A DNA stretch of 64,000 bases. Origin: an uncultured bacterium (GTDB lineage Bacteria; Acidobacteriota; HRBIN11; JAKEFK01). A program made the translations under genes and the position numbers. The stretch lies in NCBI GenBank assembly GCA_963777505.1, contig CAVZQN010000011.1, forward strand, positions 128,001-192,000, read 5' to 3'. The notes below the pieces were generated by a model that saw only the letters and a list, made by a program, of their open reading frames with translations, was not told the DNA's origin and searched no databases. Below, in pieces: positions 1-7,407 of the stretch (position 1 is its first letter; each line of letters opens with the position of its first letter).

Positions 1-293
1 AAAATCGGATTGCTAATTTTGGCCGCGTCAAGAATTTCTGGCAGGATCGTTAGTGCTTCATCATGCATGAAGCGAACTGGCCGTGGAAGGCTAATAGGAT
101 CGGAAAGACCGTATCCATATCTGCTGTAAACGAATGCTTTGCAGCCGGTGGCTTCAGCGATTCTGGCTGGAAAATCTCGCCATAATGAAAGACAGCCGAT
201 TCCATCATGAAGGAAGACAAGTGTGGCGTCAGTCTGGTTTTCGCCAAACCATGCATACTCAATCTTGCCATGCGTTAAATTCAAATGAGGCAT
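1..293 (-). CDS. alpha/beta hydrolase, N-terminal part (runs off window start)
   Basis: Manual translation from ATG 293: MPHLNLTHGKIEYAWFGENQTDATLVFLHDGIGCLSLWRDFPARIAEATGCKAFVYSRYGYGLSD... with the typical LVFLHxG and YSRxGYGxS motifs. Not in the ORF track because it has no stop in the window. Confidence 0.85.
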   Translation of the reverse strand, partial: MPHLNLTHGKIEYAWFGENQTDATLVFLHDGIGCLSLWRDFPARIAEATGCKAFVYSRYGYGLSDPISLPRPVRFMHDEALTILPEILDAAKISNPI

Positions 294-329
294 AGCAATA
301 GTGTATGCTCACTTGCCGTGTTTTAGGTT

Positions 330-935
330 CTAAGAGTTTTTGAGGCAAATAGGGAAGTTGACCTGCAACCCTGATTTTGAATTACCAGACACCGGGCGAA
401 CTAAACTCGCGTCTGTAATGATTGGATCTTTCTCAAAAGTCTTTTGCGGATTCCCTTGAAAGAATGGATCCGAATCGAAATAGAGTTGTGTGATCAAGCT
501 TTGATTGGAAGGCGAACTAATTTTGTAGTGGATGTGTTGGGCACGACCGCCATAATTTCCCGGCAAGAATGTTTCGAAAGTATATTGGCCATCGCTATTC
601 GCCCGAATGCTAGCGCGATATAGATAGCCATCCATATCGTAATCGCCTGAAGGATCGGTATGCCAGACTTCAACGATTGCATCCTTGATTGCTTTTCCTC
701 CAATGTCTGTAACTTTGCCTGAAACAACCAGTGGTATGCCTTTCTGTGATTGCTCGCGCAGCAATTCGCGGAAAGGAGCGCCTTGTTTGTAAAAAGGACC
801 CGCGGTAGCGGCAGGCGTTGGACAAGATTCTGCCCATGCGATTACATTAAACAACGGAGAGACTGCAACAACCGAAACTAGATTGGCACTCTGTTTTATA
901 AATTCACGACGCGTTTTCATTTGATAAACATTCAC
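330..935 (-). CDS. intradiol ring-cleavage dioxygenase-like protein, probably Tat-exported
   Basis: GPFY, VEVWHTDxxGxY, PGNY and RxxHIHY motifs; N-terminal TRREFIK twin-arginine signal. Confidence 0.85.
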   Translation of the reverse strand: MNVYQMKTRREFIKQSANLVSVVAVSPLFNVIAWAESCPTPAATAGPFYKQGAPFRELLREQSQKGIPLVVSGKVTDIGGKAIKDAIVEVWHTDPSGDYDMDGYLYRASIRANSDGQYTFETFLPGNYGGRAQHIHYKISSPSNQSLITQLYFDSDPFFQGNPQKTFEKDPIITDASLVRPVSGNSKSGLQVNFPICLKNS

Positions 936-1059
936 CTAAGTGTGTAGTTAATTCTACTACAACTGTAGGAAATTGTCAAAATCCAGAACGGAAATCTGCT
1001 TCACAATTTGAATGCTATATGTTTTTAATAATAGTCGAAATAGAAAAGGAGTGTAACTC

Positions 1060-1614
1060 TTGGAAATTTTGCATCAGCCCTTGCCCTGGTATGTGGGAGG
1101 TATTTTGATTGGCCTCATGGTTCCGGCGCTTCTTATTTTTGGGAACAAACAATTCGGAATTTCATCTTCCATGCGGCATCTATGCGCTGCGACCATTCCG
1201 GGAAACATCAAGTATTTCAAATACGATTGGAAAAAGGAATCCTGGAACTTATTTCTGGTATTGGGATTGGTGATCGGAGGTTTTATTGCAGCAACGTTCA
1301 TGTCCAATCCAAACGATATTGCGATTTCAGAAGCGACTAAAGCCGATTTAATGAAATTAGGTCTGACAGATTTTTCTTCTTACATCCCCCGCGAAGTTTT
1401 TGCATGGAAGCAACTAATGACACTGCCCGGGTTTCTCTTGATCATAGTTGGCGGTTTCTTGGTCGGTTTCGGAACAAGATATGCGAACGGATGCACTTCC
1501 GGTCATTGCATTATGGGCACATCACTGCTGAATGCCGGTTCACTCGTGTCCACCGTATGTTTCTTCATCGGTGGGCTTGTGATGACCTGGTTAATATATC
1601 CGCTGATTTTTTAA
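1060..1614 (+). CDS. YeeE/YedE family sulfur-compound transporter subunit
   Basis: Hydrophobic, GISSS and GFGTRYANGCTSGH motifs; AAGGAG RBS before TTG. Confidence 0.9.
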   Translation: MEILHQPLPWYVGGILIGLMVPALLIFGNKQFGISSSMRHLCAATIPGNIKYFKYDWKKESWNLFLVLGLVIGGFIAATFMSNPNDIAISEATKADLMKLGLTDFSSYIPREVFAWKQLMTLPGFLLIIVGGFLVGFGTRYANGCTSGHCIMGTSLLNAGSLVSTVCFFIGGLVMTWLIYPLIF

Positions 1615-1623
1615 AGCAGAAGA

Positions 1624-2034
1624 ATGAAAAACTTATTGTTTCTTTTTTTCGGAATCTATTTCGGAATCGTTCTGGTGAAAAGCGAGGCAGCTTCGTGGTT
1701 TCGCATTCAGGAGATGTTCCGTTTTCAATCGATTCACATGTATGGAATCATGGGAATCGCAGTTGCAATCGGTGCACTTTCGGTTTTCTTAATCAGAAGA
1801 CTGAAAATAAGATCAATAAATAATGAAATCATCAACCTTACAGGTAAGCCTTTCACCAAAGGGAATGTTATTGGCGGAATCATTTTTGGCCTTGGTTGGG
1901 CCATGACCGGTACATGTCCCGGACCGCTTTATACTCTTGTGGGGGGCGGCTATTTAATCATCATTCCCGTATTATTAAGCGCAATTTTTGGCGCCTATGT
2001 TTACGGGCTGCTCCGCGAGAAGTTGCCGCACTGA
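1624..2034 (+). CDS. YeeE/YedE family transporter second subunit (DUF6691-like)
   Basis: SWFRIQEMFRF and FGLGWAMTGTCPGP motifs; the usual split-gene partner of the preceding ORF. Confidence 0.9.
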   Translation: MKNLLFLFFGIYFGIVLVKSEAASWFRIQEMFRFQSIHMYGIMGIAVAIGALSVFLIRRLKIRSINNEIINLTGKPFTKGNVIGGIIFGLGWAMTGTCPGPLYTLVGGGYLIIIPVLLSAIFGAYVYGLLREKLPH

Positions 2035-2095
2035 GTCAGTGTTGCAAAAATTCAAGACAAAGGCTTACAATACTGGTTCTCTTTCTGCTCCAAAA

Positions 2096-2181
2096 GCCGG
2101 AGTGGCGGAACTGGCAGACGCACCGGACTCAAAATCCGGCGCTCAGTGATGAGCGTATCGGTTCGACTCCGATCTCCGGCA
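2096..2181 (+). tRNA. tRNA-Leu (CAA), long variable arm, CCA not encoded
   Basis: GCCGGAG...CTCCGGC-A acceptor stem; D-loop TGGCAGAC; anticodon arm CCGGA-CTCAAAA-TCCGG; variable arm GCTCA-GTGA-TGAGC; GGTTCGACTCC T-arm. Confidence 0.97.
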
Positions 2182-2248
2182 CAACACTGCCTTACAAGCT
2201 GCAGCCACGATTCAGAAACCCGTTTTCTTGGTGTGAATGCCAGATAAA

Positions 2249-2653
2249 TTAATAGAACAATTTATTGTCCGCATTCTTCCCGCCGGAAAAACATTTTTCT
2301 ACAGCTTTAATGAGGTGTGCATCTTCAAATGGTTTTGACAGAAACAGGCAAGGTTCTTTAAGTAAGACCCTTCTAATCTCTTGTTCTTGCTTATTGGATA
2401 GAAAAATAACTTCCGTAGTTGGACTGATAGCCAAAATAGTATTAGCAACATTCACGCCTTGCATTTCCCACTGTATGTGAGGCTCAATCAGTAATATCTG
2501 TGGCGGTGTACTTACGGCAATTTCAACTGCTTCTGTCGATGTGAGGGCTAAATCTACGAAGTAACCTTCTTTAATCAAGGTAATTGTTATGGCATCTGCA
2601 AGAGTGAAGTCTGGTTCTACAATTAAAATGCGCAGAATACTTTTAATTGGCAT
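2249..2653 (-). CDS. single-domain response regulator receiver, atypical (Glu at phosphoacceptor position)
   Basis: RILIVE, LLIEP where D is expected, IFLS, SKPF; GAGGG RBS; paralog of 6364..6774. Confidence 0.85.
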   Translation of the reverse strand: MPIKSILRILIVEPDFTLADAITITLIKEGYFVDLALTSTEAVEIAVSTPPQILLIEPHIQWEMQGVNVANTILAISPTTEVIFLSNKQEQEIRRVLLKEPCLFLSKPFEDAHLIKAVEKCFSGGKNADNKLFY

Positions 2654-2700
2654 TGTATCCCTCTTCGGCGAAGGATTAACTTAGTACACCAGCAAATTTT

Positions 2701-2882
2701 TTAGCCCAAATCACCCCTAGTCTTTCTTAGTTCTTCCCCAACGAACTCTTTTCCGCAGCACACGCAATAAAAAAAGATACTGATTCTCTACCAGATTGAA
2801 TCGTTCCTTTAAGACGCGTTTGACCACCACAACCTGGACATATCCGGTGGTCGCCCATTTCAATGGCATGTTTATGCCTCAT
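2701..2882 (-). CDS. small zinc-ribbon protein (CPGC...CVCC) with 1-nt frameshift in a T7 run
   Basis: CPGCGGQTRLKGTIQSGRESVS, then in the -1 frame YCVCCGKEFVGEELRKTRGDLG*. Collinear with paralog 6147..6335. Start codon uncertain. Confidence 0.7.
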
Positions 2883-3144
2883 CGTCCCCTGATTGGCGCT
2901 CGTTACTATCAGGAAATTGCTTCTAAAGTTGCAATGGATCGCGTTGAAATGCAGAGTGATAGTCATTCCTTAAAACTCCTGCTGGAGACCTTAGTAATTG
3001 TTTGAAAACCGAGGAAACTACACCTCTGGAACCCGGTGTAAAAGAATTCAAAATCTATGCGAAAGGAAGTGGCATAATCCAGGATGGATCTCTACTACTA
3101 ACAAAATACGGACGCGTTACTCTAAAAAAGCTGTACAAGGATTG

Positions 3145-5910
3145 ATGTTAAACATGCTTTCGCGGATTTCCATTCGCCCAGGTCTCTTCTTTTATATATT
3201 CATTGGAATCCTCTCTACGTCAATCTGGTTTGCGACTGATGCCTTCGGGCAAAGTCGAACAACCAGTGGCCTCACCGGAATTGTGGAAGATGAGAGCAGC
3301 GATGCAGCGGTTCCAGGCGCGATCGTTAAGATCGAAAGCCCTGACCTGATTGGAGGTGCTCGAACCGCAACCACAGATGAGAATGGGCGATTTAGATTCT
3401 TGGAATTACCACCAGGCATCTACAAGATCACCGTTACCCTGAACGGATACAAAACCGTACAAATCGAAGGCGTGAGACTTTCGGCTGGCATGACAGCAGA
3501 CATTCCAATCGATACGACACTCTACGTAGGTGAAGAGACGGTGATCGTTGAAGCCGGACCGAAAGAAATAGATCCGACGTCTTCCTCTCAGCAAACAGTG
3601 TTTCAGGAGGAATATCTCAAAAACATTCCTAACGACAGAGACACTTCCCACATTATGGATCTTGCACCCGGAATCAATATTGAGTCAGCGTTTGGTGGTG
3701 CTGAAGAATCCGGGATTGCATATCAAATGGATGGTGTGGACATTTCAGATCCTCAAGACGGATCACCATGGTCTTTTTTCAATTATAGTCTGATTGACGA
3801 AGTCGAATTAATCGCCCTTGGTGCACCTGCCGAGTATGGAGAATTCACCGGAGTCGTTTTTAACACAATTACCAAGTCCGGAGGAAATCAGTTCTCTGGT
3901 TCCGCAGAATTTTATTACAGCGACAAGAACCTTACTGCAAAGAATTCCGAATTTCTGGGTCTATTCCCGACAATCGAAAAGCATCAAGAAGAAAACGTTC
4001 AGCTGGGTGGTCCCATCAAGAAAGACAAGCTATGGTATTTCGTTTCAGCGCAATACGTAAAGGATTTATCAAGTGAAGGCGGGCCGATCGAAACACAGAA
4101 AGATCCGAGAGTCTTTCTAAAGCTGACATTTCAAGCTGACACTAAAAATACAATTGAAGGCTGGCTGGAATGGGATCATACGAAAGTCATTGGCAGGGAT
4201 GCAGACGCTTTTACTCCATTAGAAGCAACAACGGGAGAAGACAATCCGGAATTAGTCGGCAATTTTAGATGGAAATCTCAATTGTCGAATGATTCTGTTT
4301 TTACTCTTGCATGGGGTGGTTATTCCGGACATCGTCATTTTGATCCACACGGTGGCTTTTCAACTCCAGGTCATGAGGATGCACAAACAGGAAGAGCGTC
4401 TGTAAATGCGCGCCAGTTCGGCATCGTTGAAAGAAATCGTAATCAAATTAACGCCTTTCTTTCGCAAAACGTAAGTAACCTGATCACTGGCTATCACTCT
4501 TTTAAATTCGGAACCGAGATTGAGCGCTCGGTCGTCCACGATCGTTATGGCTTCCCAGGTGACGCGTTTTTTGTAGACAATGAGGGACCTGAGGAAGATC
4601 CAAGTACGGAAGAAGATGACTTCTTTACGCTAGCCTTTTTGGGAAATGGTTATGATGCCAATGGAACGAACCAACGCGTGTCTTTATATGCCCAAGATTC
4701 ATGGCAAATTACTCCAAGTTTTACGCTCAACCCCGGAATTCGATTAGATATAAACCGTGGCAAAGTTTCTGGAGGAGATACAGTTTTTAAAACATCTGGG
4801 TTAGCGCCGCGTATTGGATTCGCCTGGGATCTTGGGGATGACGGAGAGTCAATACTCAAAGCTCATTACGGACGATACTATGAAGCTCTTTATGCTGGCT
4901 ACTACTACTACATGGATCCCGGTGCATTCCATCCGCTTACTGTTAATAGAACCTTTAACGCAAGCGGATTCACCGAAACAATACTTTCAAATCCGGGCCA
5001 GAAGTACGCAATGGACCCGAATATCAAACATCCTTATTTGGATCAGTATATTTTTGGACTCGAGCAACAAATTCCATACGGGATCGTTCTTAGCGGCACC
5101 CTTGTATACAGGAAAAACAAGAATTTCATTGAGACAGTTAGCCGTGATGGTGTGTTCGTTCCTGTACCCGGAGTGATTCCTGACACAGGGCAACAGGTTA
5201 CACTCTTCGACCATCTGAATCCCAACTCGGATGTTCTGATTTACACAAATCCGCAGGGATTGCACCGCAAATATCGTGCAGTCATTCTTACAGCCAACAA
5301 AAGATTTCGAGACAACTGGCAACTCCTGGCATCCTATGTTTATTCAAAAACCCGCGGCAATATCGATAATTTGGGTTTCGATGAATTCGGAACCGGCGGG
5401 AATGTTCCGTTCTTCGATGGTCACTTTCTTGACACTCCTAACTCTTTTGTGAATGCCCAGGGAACATTAACTCACGATCAAACCCAGCAATTGAAATTTC
5501 AAGGAACCTACGTATTTCCTTCAACTAATTTATCGCTTTCGGCTAATTACACATACTACTCAGGCGATACATGGACACCACGCAACGACTGTTTATTGAC
5601 CGACGATGGGAACGGAATACTCGGAGATGGAATATTGGACTGTCATGAATTTCCACAAGGACCAGTTACATATTTATCGGAGCCTCGTGGCAACCGGCGG
5701 CTTCCGGCACGAAATGAAATTGATCTGCGTATTGCGTGGGAACCTGATTTTGGAAAACAGTATCAGCTAGGTCTGTATCTCGATATTTTCAATCTCACAA
5801 ATCAAACGCGGCCAACTGAAGTTGAACCTCAGGTTGGTGAGGAATTCGGAGAGCCCGTAAATCTTAATTTTCCGCGTAATGCTCGGCTAGGCCTGAGCTT
5901 CTCCTGGTAA
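3145..5910 (+). CDS. TonB-dependent receptor, Oar-like, with N-terminal carboxypeptidase-regulatory-like domain
   Basis: Signal peptide; TDENGRFRF..LPPGIYKITV domain; plug PAEYGEFTG..NTITKSGGN; LYAQDSWQI..TLNPGIR; C-terminal RLGLSFSW. Start 3145 or 3154 is more likely than 2998. Confidence 0.92.
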   Translation: MLNMLSRISIRPGLFFYIFIGILSTSIWFATDAFGQSRTTSGLTGIVEDESSDAAVPGAIVKIESPDLIGGARTATTDENGRFRFLELPPGIYKITVTLNGYKTVQIEGVRLSAGMTADIPIDTTLYVGEETVIVEAGPKEIDPTSSSQQTVFQEEYLKNIPNDRDTSHIMDLAPGINIESAFGGAEESGIAYQMDGVDISDPQDGSPWSFFNYSLIDEVELIALGAPAEYGEFTGVVFNTITKSGGNQFSGSAEFYYSDKNLTAKNSEFLGLFPTIEKHQEENVQLGGPIKKDKLWYFVSAQYVKDLSSEGGPIETQKDPRVFLKLTFQADTKNTIEGWLEWDHTKVIGRDADAFTPLEATTGEDNPELVGNFRWKSQLSNDSVFTLAWGGYSGHRHFDPHGGFSTPGHEDAQTGRASVNARQFGIVERNRNQINAFLSQNVSNLITGYHSFKFGTEIERSVVHDRYGFPGDAFFVDNEGPEEDPSTEEDDFFTLAFLGNGYDANGTNQRVSLYAQDSWQITPSFTLNPGIRLDINRGKVSGGDTVFKTSGLAPRIGFAWDLGDDGESILKAHYGRYYEALYAGYYYYMDPGAFHPLTVNRTFNASGFTETILSNPGQKYAMDPNIKHPYLDQYIFGLEQQIPYGIVLSGTLVYRKNKNFIETVSRDGVFVPVPGVIPDTGQQVTLFDHLNPNSDVLIYTNPQGLHRKYRAVILTANKRFRDNWQLLASYVYSKTRGNIDNLGFDEFGTGGNVPFFDGHFLDTPNSFVNAQGTLTHDQTQQLKFQGTYVFPSTNLSLSANYTYYSGDTWTPRNDCLLTDDGNGILGDGILDCHEFPQGPVTYLSEPRGNRRLPARNEIDLRIAWEPDFGKQYQLGLYLDIFNLTNQTRPTEVEPQVGEEFGEPVNLNFPRNARLGLSFSW

Positions 5911-5954
5911 TCACCTTCATTCTAAAACTGTCTCCGTCACACACCGATGCAAAT

Positions 5955-6019
5955 TTTTCAACACGAAGGCGCCAAGGTCTTTCGTGCTTATTTGTGCCTT
6001 CGTGACTTCGTGTTGAAAA
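5955..6019. repeat. intergenic palindromic repeat (AACACGAAG-type arms)
   Basis: TTTTCAACACGAAG ... CTTCGTGTTGAAAA, 14-bp inverted repeat. Confidence 0.75.
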
Positions 6020-6146
6020 GAGCTACAGCCTTAAGGCTTCCAACTTATGACGACATCCAAATTACGACATGCAGTACAAATCGTCGTTGTTCGTGCATAG
6101 ATTCAAAGTGAGTATCAGTGAGGGATAAAACGACCGTGAGGTGTAA

Positions 6147-6335
6147 GTGTCAGATGATTCCAAGCCATCAAAAGACTCTCGATCTTCATCAACTAAAGCT
6201 CAGTGTCCCCACTGCGGTGATTCCGTTTACCCGCTAGGAACAATTAAGACTGGTAGAGAATCGGTGAGCATCTATCGATGTAATGGTTGCAAGAAAGAAT
6301 TTGTGGGTGAGGAACTGAGAAAGAAATCAAAGTAA
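6147..6335 (+). CDS. small zinc-ribbon protein (CPHC...CNGC)
   Basis: Two CxxC motifs; GAGGTG RBS before GTG; shared motifs differ from paralog 2701..2882 largely at synonymous positions. Confidence 0.8.
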   Translation: MSDDSKPSKDSRSSSTKAQCPHCGDSVYPLGTIKTGRESVSIYRCNGCKKEFVGEELRKKSK

Positions 6336-6363
6336 GTATCTTTCTCAACATGAGAGGAAAACA

Positions 6364-6774
6364 CTGCCAATTAAAAGTAGCGCTCGCATTTTAATTGTAG
6401 AATCTGATTTCGCTATTGCGCAATCTCTTACAGTATTACTCTTAAAGCATGGCTTCTATATCGAACATGCCGACACGCCTACAGAAGCAGTGAACATGGC
6501 GATAAATAGTAGACCAAACTTGTTGATCATCGACCCTCATCTAGCCGGCGAGATGCAAGGAGTCGATGTAGCGAATACCATTCTGTCCTTGAGTCCAACA
6601 ACCGAAATCATATTTCTATCCACATGGAAGTCAGAAGAAGTAAAAAAAGTCATCATTAAAAAGCCATGTGAATTTTTTTCAAAACCATATGATGATGGAG
6701 AAATGATTGAAGCGGTAAACAAGTGTCTTGCGACCACTCACTCGAAGAGCTCCAATCAGGAATTGTTCTATTAG
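6364..6774 (+). CDS. single-domain response regulator receiver, probable CTG start
   Basis: GAGAGG-AAAACA-CTG CCA ATT AAA AGT aligns with ATG CCA ATT AAA AGT of 2249..2653. Extends the ORF-track call (6490) by 42 codons containing RILIVESD. LIIDP, FLS, SKP motifs. Confidence 0.85.
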   Translation: MPIKSSARILIVESDFAIAQSLTVLLLKHGFYIEHADTPTEAVNMAINSRPNLLIIDPHLAGEMQGVDVANTILSLSPTTEIIFLSTWKSEEVKKVIIKKPCEFFSKPYDDGEMIEAVNKCLATTHSKSSNQELFY

Positions 6775-6790
6775 AAAGAGACTTAAACGA

Positions 6791-7081
6791 CTACTCGCCA
6801 GCAGCCGCTTTGATTTTGCAGGAACAATGAGGAACGCACGATCCGCATTCTGTGCAGATTCCATGGTCACGTTCGCAAAGACAATTTAACGCATCTTCAC
6901 GATAGCCACAGCACCAACAATGGTCACTGATTACTGTAGCTTTGCCGCATTCACAATCGGCAGGATGACCCACATATCGAACACCGTTAAAGTAAGCGTG
7001 TCCAATTGTATCAATCCGAGCTTCGCCTTCTGCATCGCGCAGTGCAGTATGAAGGTCTTTCAAATAAAGATCATCTTTCAT
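6791..7081 (-). CDS. cysteine-rich small protein (12 Cys in C-terminal half), putative metal-binding
   Basis: CECG..HCWCCG..CLC..CTECGSC..HCSC; 30 bp downstream of the YHS gene on the same strand. Confidence 0.65.
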   Translation of the reverse strand: MKDDLYLKDLHTALRDAEGEARIDTIGHAYFNGVRYVGHPADCECGKATVISDHCWCCGYREDALNCLCERDHGICTECGSCVPHCSCKIKAAAGE

Positions 7082-7111
7082 CTACAGCCATACTACATTA
7101 ATTCCGTGTGA

Positions 7112-7291
7112 TTAGTTTCTTGGGGCTACTGAAATTGCATACTTTGCGGGATCCAAATCAAATTGGTCTTTACATACGATGGAACAGAAATAATATGTAG
7201 CTCCTTGATATCCGCTGTTGCCGGCCGCATTCTCTTCAGTGACTTCCATTCCACAAATCGGATCAACGTGAACATTGTCGTTATCAGCCAT
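7112..7291 (-). CDS. YHS domain protein (59 aa)
   Basis: Manual translation MADNDNVHVDPICGMEVTEENAAGNSGYQGATYYFCSIVCKDQFDLDPAKY...; DPxCGM and YYFCSxxCxxxF motifs; GGAGG RBS; below the ORF-track cutoff. Confidence 0.92.
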   Translation of the reverse strand: MADNDNVHVDPICGMEVTEENAAGNSGYQGATYYFCSIVCKDQFDLDPAKYAISVAPRN

Positions 7292-7407
7292 TGCAGCACC
7301 TCCAGGAAATGTGCTGCATCAAAGGTAATCTTGAATCAATGAATTTCAATGCGTGACATCGATTTGACATTAATAATTCTGATCCGAAATTTTAAGCAGA
7401 AGAAACT

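Noticed and set aside
50-271. 73-aa ORF in the track
   Set aside because: Out-of-frame shadow of the alpha/beta hydrolase starting at 293.
2998-3144. N-terminal extension of the TonB receptor
   Set aside because: The signal peptide begins after 3145; the upstream part looks like promoter region.
6050-6090. ACGACAT direct repeat (6050, 6064) as an operator
   Set aside because: Only 7 bp twice, and I did not find it upstream of the paralogous left module.
2096-7300. tRNA-Leu-anchored integrative island
   Set aside because: No integrase and no duplicate of the tRNA 3' end found by eye; adjacency alone is insufficient.
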